Both the position numbers and the translations under genes were made by a program. A stretch of DNA of 64,000 bases from Fistulifera solaris (taxonomy: Eukaryota), in the NCBI GenBank assembly GCA_030295235.1, contig AP026123.1, positions 744,001 through 808,000 of the forward strand. The letters run 5' to 3'. Below, piece by piece: positions 11,201-25,951 of the stretch (its first letter is position 1; each line of letters begins with the position of its first letter). The notes below the pieces were generated by a model. That model did no database searches. It worked only from the letters and a program-made list of their open reading frames with translations, and was not told the DNA's origin.

Positions 11201-13946
11201 TTTCTCACCCCATCTCCAAGATGGATAAAGCTCTCCACGGTAGAAAGTTACCAGTCTATTCGCATCAACTTGCTGGCTTAGTAAGACAGACCCATGACCT
11301 TTAGGATGAACCCGAAAGAAATTTGGTCCAAGACAGGATCGAGCTTGTCGTAACTCAAAAGCAGCAGCCTTCAACCAGGGAGGTGACGCAGCTTCAATTT
11401 TCCTACGGAGAGCAGCACCGAGAATGGTTTGCTGATCATTTTGATCTTGGCGAGGAGCATCGAAGGAGCAGTCTTCATTTTCGTCATTCAGAGGTAGCCC
11501 CTCTAGGAGTTCGGCAGCGTTCCTAATATCCTGAGCGTACTCGACAGGACATGCATTGATAGCCGGCAGCAGCCATTTTTCAACAAACTGGAGGGAAGTG
11601 CGTGGATCGAATTCAATTTGCAGGCAAGCCGTGATGTTACGCCGGGTGTAGCAATCGATGCCCCAAACTGGTTGCTCAACGATCTCTGGAGGAGCTTCAC
11701 TTTCCGTCGACTCGTCTTTCGTTGATCCGTCGCTCATACCTTCATGATTTTCGCCCCTTTTCCAGTTCACGCTTCTTATTTCTGCTTGGCTCAGTACCTG
11801 CTTTTCTGTGAGCACTTTGTCTTGGACACCGATCAAAAGCGACTGCATTGACGCTACAACTTGTGCACGGGTTACTCCATCATCCGCCGATAAAGCAAGA
11901 GCCGCCTGTCTAACCTTGTCTCTTGATTTCCCGTTTAATGCGGTTTCATCAACAACAGACTTCATCCAAGCTTCGCTCTGGCCGGTATCGTCGTAGCGAT
12001 AAGCAAGACCTACAAAACTATCCTTCAAGCTGGTTTGTCGCTCGTAGATTGCGATTTCTTCGTCTACCTTTGAAAGGCCGTCACAAACAGTGTCGGCTGC
12101 TAATCTTTCATACATACGTTCAGGAAAAGGGCCTTCTCGATGACTTTGCATCGCTGCCTCCTTGTTCTCGCTACGCTCTATAGCAGCTAAGAACTTGTGT
12201 ACACCATCCGCCATATCCATTTCATGCATCTGCTTCCGTCCTGTTCGTTCAAACGCTTGTAGCATTTGCTGCAACAGCGTGAGGTAAAACGTTCAATCCC
12301 ACAATATCAAGTGTTCGCGAACTCACTTACCTCTTTTATTTTATTTGCTGCTGCACTCATTGAAAATGAATCATTTGGGTCGTCTGACTTTTGGTCTAGT
12401 GCTGTGTCGCACATGGCCAAGACATCGTCGCGAAACCGATCCCAGTGAACTCCCAGAGGATGCTTAACTCTTGAATTAAGCTGCCGTTTCTGAGGTTTCA
12501 TTTCATCAGAGACGAAATATCGGCGAGGTTTCTTGTCTAAAGTGTTGTAATAATTTTCCATGATGGAAAAGCGTCTGTCTTCCTCAACCTTCTCGCGATT
12601 CAGTACGTAGAACCCCAACTCCACGCGCCGTCGAATCATTTTCCAATTTAAAGGAGGAAACTCTGCAAGGTCAGAAGGTGAATTGCCTTTTTGCCATCAG
12701 TCGCTTTTATAGACGAACGAATACCGGAAAATTTGACCTCAAATGGTTCCGGAATCGACTCTGTTCGGGGCAGTGACGTAGATTGAACGACTGTCCCACT
12801 TTCGTCCGAGCGAGTACTTTCTGGCGCATTTTGTCCGCTATCCTCCAATTTGGGAATGGCATGAGCAGCAACATGCGACTCGTCATTTACACGGTTAAGG
12901 CCACCCGCGCTGTCATCTTCGTTGCCCTTATCAGGATCTTCATCCGAGAAAATTCTGTATTTATCCACTTTTTTCTCCAAACGATCGATGATTCTCTCAA
13001 ACTCTCTGCGGTGCTTCTCGTAAAGATCAAGCGCGTGCGAGGACTCATTAGCATCCTTATTCGAACGAATTTCTTGTGCGTTCTGCTTTGCTTTCGGACC
13101 ACGTTTCTCTTTTGTACCGGTGTGTTTTTCCTTTACAGCACTTTGCTTCTCCTTTGCACCACTTTGCTTTCCCTTTGCAACATTTTTTCTTCTCCTTTGT
13201 ACCACTTTGCTTTCTCGGCTCAGTTGCTTTCTCTATCGTGGATCGCTTTGGAAGACTTCTCATGAATGTTAAGGGTCGTTTTGTTTCCTGAGGAGCACCC
13301 TCCTCTTTCACTTTGATTCTGGCAATCGAAACTGTTTCATGCTCCTCCATAGCTTGCTCAGACTTTGTTCGTTCCTGACTAAATCTACCAGTGGCTTTAT
13401 CAGCTATCTTCTTGCGTTTCTTATCCTCGTCTAGCTTTTTAGCGTCCTCTTCATACGACTCGGGTTTCCGCCGCTTTCTGTTATTTCGCCGGCCTGAGTT
13501 ATCATCGATCATACCTTCCGCGAATGCAGTCGTGTGAATCAGATAATCTCTCCGAATGCGCGATGTTTTACCTCCTTGAATGATCCACTCTACCGTATAC
13601 AGTTGCTCGGTCGCACCGTCGGAAGCCTTATCTTCGACTTCGACGATCCGTCCCAACGACTTATCGCGGTCTCGAAGAGACTTCATATGTTGTGCACCCC
13701 TGGAGTATCAAGAAAGAGACAGCGATCAGCAAAAAAGAAGAAAAGCAAAATCATCATTTTTGCGATGACTACTTACGCTGCAGACACTCGCACGAGATCT
13801 CCCCGTCGGAGAACCCCCATGAGTACATAATTGTTCGCCGGTGCACTGATGTTCATTTGATTCCCACTGGACGCGTCGTTCGTAGAGCCAACGAATTTGC
13901 TATCTGATTCATCTTCAGTAATCGTCGCCTCATCATTGTTCTCCAT
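5277..13946 (-). CDS. ATXR3/SDG2-like SET-domain histone lysine methyltransferase with bromodomain-like region, HMG box, CW zinc finger and 7 C-terminal Tudor/chromo-barrel-like repeats
   Basis: PDFYNMALERP...SHSCDPTCE...GEELTFDYHAVTES..EY..AVCLCG..CRGSFL resembles plant ATXR3 SET/post-SET; WVQCE..CMKWRKIP..FYC..N.W..SCDAPE is CW; AFFCYSR..LWQKMSDEKKDIW is HMG. GT-AG introns at 13776-13700, 12330-12269, 8130-8074, 7780-7712, 7459-7394, 7135-7071, 6815-6746, 6490-6416, 6157-6086; apparent frameshifts ~13200, ~12650, ~7825. Confidence 0.88.
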
Positions 13947-15093
13947 GATAGTCGTCAAGGTGGACTTTATGAATGCGTTATGATGTCGGTCTCAACAGCA
14001 ATGCTGCGTCGATTGATGTCGTTCTTTTTCTTCTCGTTCGTCCGATGAAAAGCAGCCAGAGCAACCAACGAGCCAATGATTCGATATTTATGCTATTTTG
14101 AGAGCAATAGAAACTTATTTAGCGTTATGAGGAGCGAAGAGGAAATGATTTCCTCACCTTCCTGTCAATGCAAGGACGCAGCAAGAGTAGTCTAGTTGCG
14201 GACGATTTTTTTGTGTTTGCGAAAACAAGCAGGGGTGCGCCGAAGCGGGAAAGGACGGGTGACAATCTTGTCACCGACTACGAACAGACGTCAACAATTG
14301 TGTCGCTCCGAAGTTTACTCTCTTGTGAAGTGTATATTACCTTTTTCAGCGACTTAACTGATTTCCAGTCCCGGAAATAATAGATCACTTATTACAATCA
14401 TCATTGAATGCAGTGCTTTGCCCTAACAGCACTATTTTTGATCCTTACCAGCTAGCCTTTACAGAAAAGCTTTAGTTAGTCACATTCTTACTGGCCAGTC
14501 ACTCCTGATGAAGTCCTCAGCATGAATTACGTCACTTTTCATGGTTTTCTTAGGCTCACGACGACGACTCCTCCGGTCCTCAAGTTGACTGAATCAATTC
14601 TAAGTATTAATAAATTGTAATTAGTTTATTGAATGACATGTTAAAGAGGTGATTTAACGGATGATACACGGTTTTTGCGTGGTAGTGGGCATGAATCTAA
14701 ACGATGTAGTGGGTGCCACGGCGTCATATATTGATATGAAAAGACTTCCTCTTGCCTTTTTCGACTTTCGACTATTATCATGATTCTGAGAAAAACAAGC
14801 ATCTGGTATAGTCATAACAAAGCATTCAGTTCCGCGCCTGTAGCCTGAAATCATGGGATTCCCGCCAGCAGAAACAGAGGAAACCTACGAAGAGCTGCCA
14901 AATCAACAGTTGAGTCGACAGCAATCCTGAAGCTACGGGTCGACTAGAAGGATTTCTCTTAAATTGATTCTGAAGAATAAATTACGGTAAATCATGATGT
15001 CTGTTTTTATAAAAGTTGCTACTAAAAGAGGTCCGAAAGATTGAGCACCTTTGGTCATTCATTCAATCATCCGACCCCATTATGCCGTGTCTC

Positions 15094-15438
15094 TTAGTAA
15101 GGTAGGTCACTAGCGATTTCGGCTGTTTCCGAGAAGAATCCTACCCATACCAAATAGAGCATGGGGATTGAAATGATGAGACTGAAGGCGGTCATTCCAA
15201 TGAGTTCCGCATTCATGATTTCCTCATTTTGTTTGTTCAAGTCCAGCATCTCTTCTCGAGTCATATCACGACTTTCAATGTAACTCAAATCCTCTTCTTC
15301 CTTCTTGTTTCTGTTGAAAATACCGAGAGAGGTTGCTGGCGATGTCCGGCACAACGCAGCCTGAGGTTGAATCACAAAGGCACTAGCAGACGCCATGGCC
15401 AAAAAGAGGGCGACGATGTTGAGAATTGCTCGTGTCAT
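15094..15438 (-). CDS. Small plastid-targeted hypothetical protein with C-terminal TM helix
   Basis: Signal peptide ending ASA|FVI (ASAFAP-type motif), acidic middle, hydrophobic C-terminal segment. Confidence 0.8.
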   Translation of the reverse strand: MTRAILNIVALFLAMASASAFVIQPQAALCRTSPATSLGIFNRNKKEEEDLSYIESRDMTREEMLDLNKQNEEIMNAELIGMTAFSLIISIPMLYLVWVGFFSETAEIASDLPY

Positions 15439-15796
15439 TTGAAATCGCAGCTGGCTGGCTTGGATACTTTGGTTCGTTGATTATTCGCTCGTAAAGGAGT
15501 AATAACCTTGGCTATGAATTATTGTTTCAATAATGCTCCAAGTCAGAAGTCGATCGATGTTGTCGTTTTTTGTTTTGTCGGATTTTTTTGCTGACAACAC
15601 GAACCTCTGACATCTTTCTCATCAACGTTGCACGTTGCACTACGAACCGGCACCCATTTTCATACTGTTTAAGTACCGGTACGTTTTCAGGCCTTCCGGG
15701 TTCGCAAAAGCAGCGCATTGTTTTATTTTTGAGAAAACCAGCAAGGAGCTTCCTTTGTTTCACTTCGTTTGATACAATAAAAAAAACAACGTTAAG

Positions 15797-17768
15797 ATGA
15801 GTGAACTTGATTTAAATAAACCAGTACATCCCATGGTATCAGTACCTGAAGCGATCCGCATCGTGCTGCACGAAACGGCGCGCATTCTCTGGTCAAATTC
15901 CCGTCCGACGGATCGCGTCAAGATTGACGCCCAAAATGTGGCGAATATTGTAAACCGAACTTTAGCTAAGGATGTGATTCAACGAGAGCCTGGCTATCCT
16001 CCCTACCGTGCTAGTATCATGGATGGTTTTGCAGTCTCATCCTCCTCCGTGCAGACCCAATATCAAATTGTTGGAAAGATTCTGACCGGCGATCCGCATC
16101 CAGCCGTTCGAACAACGAGTGACCATCCGCCGGCTCATTATGTGACGACAGGCGCTATTGTGCCCGACCAGTACGACTGCGTTGTTCCTATCGAAGAATG
16201 TCAGCTATCAAGTGACGGAGTGTTCGTTATTGTTGACAAAGATTCTTTAGTTAAAGACAAATGGATTCGGCCGCCGGGCTGTGATATACCTGGCGGATCC
16301 AAAGTATTACAGGCGGGGCACATGATAGACGCTGTTTCGTTAGGTCTTTTACTCCAGTCGGGTGTACAAGAAGTTGAGTTAATGCCCCCCGTGGTCGTCG
16401 GTATTCTCTCTACCGGCAATGAACTCGACGTGAACGACACCTCTTCCGCGGATCACTGGGCCGAGCGACCGTTAGGGAAGATTCCCGATGTCAATCGCCC
16501 AATGTTGCTCAGTTTACTTGGCGATACTTGGGGTGCTTGTTGTCGCGTGGTAGATCTTGGCATTGCCGTAGATTCGGATAGGCAACAACTGGCACGTGTT
16601 CTTGAAACTGCCGCTCGAGAATGTCATGTATTAATAACGACTGGCGGTATATCTGTGGGGGAAACAGATATTGTCGAAGATGTATTTGTGAACGATTTAA
16701 AAGGACGCTTGCATTTTGGGCGGCTGCACATGAAGCCAGGGAAGCCGACTACGTTCATGACTTTGCCATTAAAGAACGAGAGTGATCGAATTGTTTTTTT
16801 GCATGCCGGGCAATCCTGTTAGTGCTGCCGTTTGTACACATTTACTGGTCCGACCTTGTCTTGAGCTATTGTTCCACGGGCCTGCTTCGTCTCCCGACAA
16901 TTACGGTGATAGTCTCGACGAGCAAATTCGCAGGACGGTTGAAAACGCGTGGATTCACAGCGAGTTCGAGGCGCAACTAACGCATGATGTAGCACTGGAC
17001 GTGGAGCGCCCAGAATACGCGCGTGTCGTTGTGCAGAAACCTGCATCGGGCCTTTACCAGGCTACTACCACAGGAGTGCAAAGAAGCAGCCGCTTGATGA
17101 GTATGCGAGATGCGGTGGGTCTTCTCGTGCTCCCAAAAGGTTCTAAAACGCGGCCCAAAGCTCTGGCTGGGGAAACCTATCTTGTGCTGCAAATCAACGA
17201 TTGCAACAACTCCTTACCCCAAATAACTGTGCAAGCGTCCCGCCACTTATCAAAACCATCCAAATCCTTTTCTGTGGCCGTTGTTGTTCTGTCATTAAAA
17301 GAATCAGAAGCATTCAGTATTGAACGGATGAGTGAACTGGCTGATCGGGTCGCTTCTGCTTTGAGTGGGTCGAAGAGCGGATCCGTTACGACAGTTAAGT
17401 GCGAACAATACGGAGGTCCTGTGAATGAATCATTCAAATGTTATCTAGCGGAAATAGGTAGAGAGGCTGATTTTGTGATCGTCCTTTCTTCGGCGTCCAA
17501 AGATTCTTTTCGACGCCATTCGGCTGCAGCAGCTTACATTCGCAGCATTCTTGCCAAACCTGCAGACAGCATGGCCTTGCAAGTGCGCCGAGGTTCAGCA
17601 GCAAAGAACAGTGGATCTGCCATCTTTGAAACTGTTATCGGGTACTTTCCTGTGGACGACAAAGGATTCCTTGTCGTATTTTTGGCGGAAATGGGTCTTG
17701 AAGGAGGTCTTGGAAATGTTCGAGGACTCGTTAAGCACGCTGTTAAAATAGCGCGAAAGAACGAATGA
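15797..17768 (+). CDS. CNX1: Molybdopterin molybdenumtransferase (MoeA/Cnx1E) with degenerate C-terminal MogA/G-like domain; frameshift in T-run ~16795
   Basis: PPYRASIMDGFAV, VTTGA, ILSTGNEL, ITTGGISVGETD, MKPGKP, PGNPVSA, RPEYAR, QRSSRLMSM motifs. Confidence 0.92.
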
Positions 17769-18401
17769 AGAATAGCCATTGGACTTTTAATAGCCTTTGA
17801 TAAGGTTCACGCATTTGGGCCCTCGAGTGCGTCGATTTTTGTCACGACTATAATTTTAATCCTTAGAGTCGCTCATCCTGCCAGGGATTTCTTGAGACCT
17901 TTTGGCAACCACGCGTCGTAAGCCAATACTACTTGTGACTGTAAAAAGCTATTTGAAATCCTACTTATCGAGAAGCTTTTGACGATCAATGAAGAATAGC
18001 TTTGTGATCCTGCTCGAATATAAAAGCATCTAGACAAAATCCGTGGCAGCCAAATAGCTTCTGATTTACGAAAGGAGAAGCGTTTGATTCAATTATTTGA
18101 TTGTCACGTCTTCTTGCGGTTGCAGGCTGCACTTATTTCTAGTTCATTAACGTCGAAAACCGCCCTAAAGCGGGACTTGTAAATTTACTGTAATCTGAAG
18201 TGTAGGCGACATCTTGCACGACTGGATTTTAGTCCTGAGCCGTCATTTTTGTCGCGCTAGATTTTTGCACCGTGTTGCGTTCCGTGCGTTCTGTCATTCT
18301 TTTCTAAATCCATTTCCCCACGTTGTTATCATTAGTCTCCCAAGAACCTCAAAGGTTTGTGTTGAATTAACTGCATTCTGTTCAATAGACTACTACCTGG
18401 A

Positions 18402-19013
18402 ATGGCGGAACAAAATAATGACGAAGACCAGATGAAAATTCTTTTCCCCACCGGCATTGGTCCGGGAGAGTGCACCGTCTTGGTGCAAATAAATCCGGAA
18501 GACGCATTAACGTTGGACTTTACTGGTGCAACGGGAGCAATAGGTCGATTGGAGGCCGATGATACGGGTGGTACGTCGAGAGATCACGTCGTCATTTTTC
18601 GTGCGAGTCGCAACAACCCTGACAGTATCTTTTTTTCTTGTGCAGTCAGTTTTGATTTCAAGGGAGTGCAATACAAAGGAACATTCTTCCCGACCGCGAC
18701 GGCTATGGTTCTTTCTGTTGTGAATGGTAAGGAAAACTACTTGAAAATAGATGGCATCGCGGATGATTTCTGCTATCTCGAAAAGACCGGCGACGCATTG
18801 AAAAAGTTTGATGCCCAAGCCGTGGGTGATATGTCTGGATATGATGTACAAGATGAAGACGTCAATCGTAACGTTTCTAATTCGGGAAATCATGAAGATG
18901 TAACTCTTCATTCTGTGCAGAAGAGTGAAGCGCCGAAATCGCAGGCGAAGCGTTCGATAACAAAGAAATTGAATGCGGGTTCCGCCCCGAAAAAATTAAA
19001 ACGAAAGAGCTGA
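18402..19013 (+). CDS. BIN4-like topoisomerase VI-associated protein; in-frame 75-nt intron 18571-18645
   Basis: Spliced LDFTGATGAIGRL...FDFKGVQYKGTFFP...LKIDGIADDF resembles the conserved plant BIN4 C-terminal region (DLSGD.GAVGR..LDLKG..YK..I.P...KIEAIMNDF); basic tail. Confidence 0.7.
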   Translation: MAEQNNDEDQMKILFPTGIGPGECTVLVQINPEDALTLDFTGATGAIGRLEADDTGGTSRDHVVIFRASRNNPDSIFFSCAVSFDFKGVQYKGTFFPTATAMVLSVVNGKENYLKIDGIADDFCYLEKTGDALKKFDAQAVGDMSGYDVQDEDVNRNVSNSGNHEDVTLHSVQKSEAPKSQAKRSITKKLNAGSAPKKLKRKS

Positions 19014-19109
19014 GTACTTTTGGCTTGAATGAGACATTAACGGAGAAGTCAAACAGTAATCTGTGAACTGTATAATAAATAAATAAATACTCCGGAGTAT
19101 GTATTGTTC

Positions 19110-19425
19110 GGAATGTATATTTTAATTCGTCGGAACAAGTCAGTGATCTAATCTCTCCACGACCAGTCACATTCATCGAGAACGCCAGAGTTGAATTGTT
19201 ATCAAATTTGGCATCGAAATCGATCGGACGGGTTCCTTCGTACACGATAACGCGTTGTCTTGGGCCAACCTCGATCTCGGTTGGTCCGGGTACGTAGTCG
19301 GAAATCAGAATTTGAAAGTCGCTCTCCACAAAGGCATCTTCGGCGATCACTGGGAAGCCTTCCAAGTTTGGGACAAAGTACTGCATTCTCACATTGGCGA
19401 TGGATGCTAGATTGTCGTCGAAGGA
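19110..19425 (-). pseudogene. Duplicated 3' fragment of the adjacent secreted-protein gene
   Basis: MRMQYFVPNLEGF...MNVTGRGEIRSLTC copies the C-terminus of 19624-21735; 4-bp duplication (catccatc) near 19402 breaks the frame and upstream coding sequence is absent. Confidence 0.8.
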
Positions 19426-19623
19426 AATCCGGCGCGCCTTTCAGCTCTTCACCATGATCGATTATTTTGTTGCTACAAATGCAACAACATTATTTAGAAT
19501 AGATCGACACACGAGGAGATGTCAGTGGAGTTCGAATCATTGGTCTAAAGAAATAAAATGCAGCAACAAAAGTAAATTACAAAAGATCTCGTGGATTTAC
19601 AATAATGAATAAATTTATCTTGC

Positions 19624-21735
<2,112 letters not shown>

Positions 21736-22262
21736 CTTCCCTTCTTTGCTCGATTCGAAATTCGTTTACTCGGTATCGAACACCGTTTGGGTGGATTTTG
21801 TGAGCTGAGGTGAGTGTTTTCCGCACGACGTGATTCTGTGATCGCTAAAACCACCACCAATCCAGTGTCGCTAACCGTATCTATTTTTATTGCGGCGCTT
21901 GTCAACGGAGATTATCTCTAAGTATTAAGTCCCTCGCACGGAGTAGCTATTTTTTACTTAGCTCGTTCCTTATCGCCAACGCTTGAGGGGGGATTTTACT
22001 TAGCGAAGCGCAGAGTTACATATACGTCATGAGAACCTATACGACAAAAACCATTTGTTTAACGGGTGCGTTGCGTGCGTTAGGTGCAACAAGCATTCCA
22101 AGGATGATGCAGATTAGGGTGCACGTTCAAGGATGAAGATCATCGAAACGGAAAACGAGGAAACGCATCGACGAAATGAATAAACAACGATGCAAAGAAT
22201 GGTACCATCAAGGTAGCCTCTAGCTCCGAGGAACCATAGAGAAACACGTTCATTCGTCTGCA

Positions 22263-22898
22263 ATGTCTCGGACTCTAACCCTGTCCAGGCTATCCAGACC
22301 TTTTGTCTGTTCGCTTGCAAGTAGCAACAGCCGACATTTAAATCACCGACAACAGATAAGGCATCGTAAGCGATCTACAAATGTTCCTGCAATTGAAGGA
22401 AACATTCCATGGGGTGGACAAGGCCTCGCTGTGGGTCAGTTTGCAGTTACTCGTCGAATTTTTTTGTCGGATGATATTCATGATTTTGCTAGAATAACGG
22501 GTGATCACAATCCATTGCATGAGCCATTGGACACACGTCGTCTTTCCGGCCAACTATCTGATGTACTGAATGGCCACCCACTAATGAAAGTAGACGAGAA
22601 CGGAATGACGAAGGAAGTGGTTCATGGAATTTTGTTGTCGAGTCTTTTCAGCTGCATTTTTGGGACCTTAATACCTGGGTCGGTGTATAGAAGCCAAACG
22701 CTTCAGTTTCGTCGGCCTGTTTTTGCTGATGAAGCAATTCTTGCTCGAGTTCAAATCATAAGAATAGAAAAGCAGCGAAGACTTGACGGACTGATTGTGC
22801 GATGTAGTACTCATGTTTTGAAAGATGACAAGGAATGCGTTCGAGGGGAAGCCGAAGTGTGGATTCGTCACGGAACAACAGTTGAAAGAGACTCATAA
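22263..22898 (+). CDS. MaoC-like hot-dog-fold dehydratase (HTD2/PhaJ-like), probable mitochondrial presequence
   Basis: FARITGDHNPLH, VVHGILLSSLFS, PGSVYRSQTLQFRRPVF; Arg/Ser-rich N-terminus. Confidence 0.9.
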   Translation: MSRTLTLSRLSRPFVCSLASSNSRHLNHRQQIRHRKRSTNVPAIEGNIPWGGQGLAVGQFAVTRRIFLSDDIHDFARITGDHNPLHEPLDTRRLSGQLSDVLNGHPLMKVDENGMTKEVVHGILLSSLFSCIFGTLIPGSVYRSQTLQFRRPVFADEAILARVQIIRIEKQRRLDGLIVRCSTHVLKDDKECVRGEAEVWIRHGTTVERDS

Positions 22899-23010
22899 GC
22901 TATAATAGAAATCGCCATAAAAGTAAACGAAGAAACTTTGTTGAATTATTGACATGTTGGAGGTGATGCGAGTTTACATTATCGTGCGTCGATCGGCATC
23001 CTTCAGTATG

Positions 23011-23420
23011 CTACAACCCGAAAGGAAGATTAATCTGTCCCTTCTCGTTCAGCAGAAAGTATTGCGCGTGAACAAACAGTATCATCACCATGGTCCACAC
23101 TATTGAGCATCCTAAAAGGAGAATTTCAGTGGACTGGTCGACTTCGTCGCTTTTCTCCGTCATGTTTATTCCGCAGCCTGTGTTCGTCATCAAAGAAACG
23201 CTCTGCATTTGGGGCAAATCCATGTGTGACTCTGCCAGCGACTCGCGAATAGATTGTGCTACGTATTCCAGTCTCTCTTCTTCTTCCGTCATATCATCGT
23301 CTTCATAAGACAGGTAGGCTTGTGGCTTCCGTGTTGGCTTTGTGCCAGAATGACTTTTTCGCTCAATTCTGATATGTTTCGCGTTGGGCAGATTGTTTGG
23401 CGACGTCAGTTGTAAAGAGG
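23011..23420 (-). CDS. Hypothetical protein with C-terminal TM helix; 5' end unresolved
   Basis: ORF 23011-23292 stays open upstream to ~23430; hydrophobic segment near the C-terminus. Confidence 0.4.
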
Positions 23421-24712
23421 TGAATCTTCATCGCCGTTCACTTCATGTATTGATTGTAAAATTGAATCAGCGTGAAGACTCATGCGTCGGATTTCCAAGT
23501 CGAGCTCAGCAATTTCTCTCGACGATTGGGAATCGTCATCGTGAAGTCCTTGTTCGTTTCTGGTGTCCGACATCTTACAAAACGAGATTTAATCAATTTG
23601 ATGTGAGACGAACGTTTATTGGCTTCTTAGACAGAATGTTGTTGCTGTTCTTGTTGCTCAAAAACAAAAATAATCGTCGTCGAGCGATCATCATGTCTGC
23701 TGTCCGCCCGGCGTCTGGTTGGGTACTCTTTCTTTTATTGTCAAACCGTTTTCGCAACGCATGTTTTGAGCGTTTCAGCGATTCGGTGTCAACGGTGTTT
23801 CACGAGGGCACCACAATACTATGAATACTAAGGTTTCCCACTAGCAACACTCCAACTACAGCACTGCAAACAATTGTCTTCCCATCCACCAGCGTCTGGC
23901 GTAAAATTCATTGTTTTTCCCGACGCGATAAGGCCAACCAAAATTTTCTTCCCGATTACTAAAGACGACGATAATGATTGTAAGAATAGATACCTAGTTG
24001 CCCCTAGCTAGTTCATTTGTTTGCTAGATGCTGACTTGTTTGATCTTTCTTGTTGCTGTCGGTAGAAGAAAGGCTAAAAGGCATGCAGCTCATTGATGCG
24101 ATCCATTTTTCTTTAAATTGTGCAGTGACAACCCGTTTTTTAGAACACCTCTAATCCATAAACTATCTGTAAGTCTTTTCAACCAAATTAATTTCAGGAG
24201 TTTCCTTGTTGTTGCTTCATTCTCTCCGTGTTTATCTCTTTGAGAAAGGTAAACATAATATTTGACCATTATTTCGTGCACCTAGCTCACTCCAATCACG
24301 AGATAGAGCTACCAGTCCCAAAGAGCTATCAGTCCTGCCAAGATTATGGTTTGTACAGACTGACTGCAAGGACTTTTTTAGTTAACAAGTGTTATTACGG
24401 GTATCAGTATGAAGTAGTCATATTGTCCGACGGATGGACGAGACCACCTATGTATTCATAGGAACGTCACCATCATTGTTCTGAACGGATTAGACATGCC
24501 TAAGTAACTTTGGCAGGGTCGACAAAAATTGGAGGTGCGCTCATTTTTCACACTCAAGTGTAGTATTCCAGATTTTGGGTCCGCATTTGCCCATAATAAT
24601 TGCGGTGCAACGACACGCAACCTCATCATTCTCTCCAGACCAATTCAGTCCTTCAACGAAACAGCTTTGTTCAAATTGATCCTGGCAATTTCTAGTTCCG
24701 ATACAGAATACG

Positions 24713-25951
24713 GTGAGAATGGCACACCGACTGCGACCGCGATATCAAGCAGTTTCCTCCAACATTTTTGCCGACAACGATTGTCAATTGAGCAATGATC
24801 CTCCAGCCGACGGAGAAGCACAAGAATTATCATTATGCGATATTCAGCAATATCGGTGTCAAGCAGAGGATGATGACGTGGATGAGTTGCTCGTCCCCTA
24901 CCAGTACGAATTATTCTTGAAGGAGGATGTACTCAATCAAGATTTGGTCCGAGAATACTTGGAAGAAGCCATGCTGCAGCGTTTGGCCAGCCGAACAGGA
25001 ACGATGGATTGCGGTATCATTGATCGAGGTGTTTTCTCGAATGTATTGGGCGTAAATCGAGCGCCGAATGATACATTCGATTCTCGCTTTGATGGCTGCC
25101 TGACACCTCCCATGGAAGGCACGGTCTGTGTCTCCATGTTGGGAGGATCGACTCTCTTTGTACCATCGACCAAGCGCTCCGAGAGTGATGATAAGGCATT
25201 GGTAGCAGCGGCGGTAAAATTTATTCGTTCGGAAATGGAAAATGATATTTACATCCGGTCGGGTAGTATCGAGAAAGTTGTTTTTGTGAATCGCACCGTG
25301 GCCGTGGATGATATACTCGATAGCGATATGACAACACCGAGAGAAAGTGGATTAGAAGCGGGAGGGAAAGCAGGTGTCGCAATTGGTACAATGCTTTTTC
25401 TTTTACTGTTACTTCTTCTCCTGCTGGCCAAACGGAACCCAAGACATGCACGAGTGCTGGAAGAACCCGACGAAGAAGAATTTACGTACGGTGACGGTTC
25501 CTTAGCAAGAAAGGATTCACTGGCCTTGAAGGCACGGCAAGTGAGTGTGGCACAGACACCACCGCGCAAAATTATTTCCAAAGACGCTACAGTTACAACG
25601 CCAGAAACTCCAGAGAGTGATATATCCTTCGAGGAAAGTCCTAAAAGTCATCAAAGACAACCGAGAGCCTCGCCTTCTTCTATCATGGCACGAGCTCGTA
25701 GCGAGAGGCGTCATGACTCAAACATGTCCTTCGCTGCAAGTAAATCAGTCGCAGCAGAAGCTTCCAGTGCATCTAGAAAGTTTTCAGCACCATCCTACGT
25801 CGAATCAGTGGCAAATGTAAATAGTCGTGTGGTGCCCGTAGCTGGTTCTATAGCTCCAGCGGCTTCGGAAGATAGCGATACTGCGGCTACTGCGGCTGAT
25901 TTTGGTCAAGGTTGTTGCGCACACAATTGCGTAGATTTTGATTTCTTATAG
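24713..25951 (+). CDS. Hypothetical single-pass membrane protein (Cys-containing ectodomain, Ser-rich tail); start uncertain
   Basis: 412-aa ORF; TM GVAIGTMLFLLLLLLLLLA followed by KR. Confidence 0.65.
   Translation: MRMAHRLRPRYQAVSSNIFADNDCQLSNDPPADGEAQELSLCDIQQYRCQAEDDDVDELLVPYQYELFLKEDVLNQDLVREYLEEAMLQRLASRTGTMDCGIIDRGVFSNVLGVNRAPNDTFDSRFDGCLTPPMEGTVCVSMLGGSTLFVPSTKRSESDDKALVAAAVKFIRSEMENDIYIRSGSIEKVVFVNRTVAVDDILDSDMTTPRESGLEAGGKAGVAIGTMLFLLLLLLLLLAKRNPRHARVLEEPDEEEFTYGDGSLARKDSLALKARQVSVAQTPPRKIISKDATVTTPETPESDISFEESPKSHQRQPRASPSSIMARARSERRHDSNMSFAASKSVAAEASSASRKFSAPSYVESVANVNSRVVPVAGSIAPAASEDSDTAATAADFGQGCCAHNCVDFDFL

Noticed and set aside
14495..14535. Hammerhead ribozyme at ctgatga
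   Set aside because: No convincing stem II and no properly placed GAAA; the core was also not found in the 241- or 424-bp units.
16790..16800. Programmed ribosomal frameshifting or pseudogenes at T/A runs
   Set aside because: Same pattern in many unrelated genes; sequencing error is the simpler explanation.
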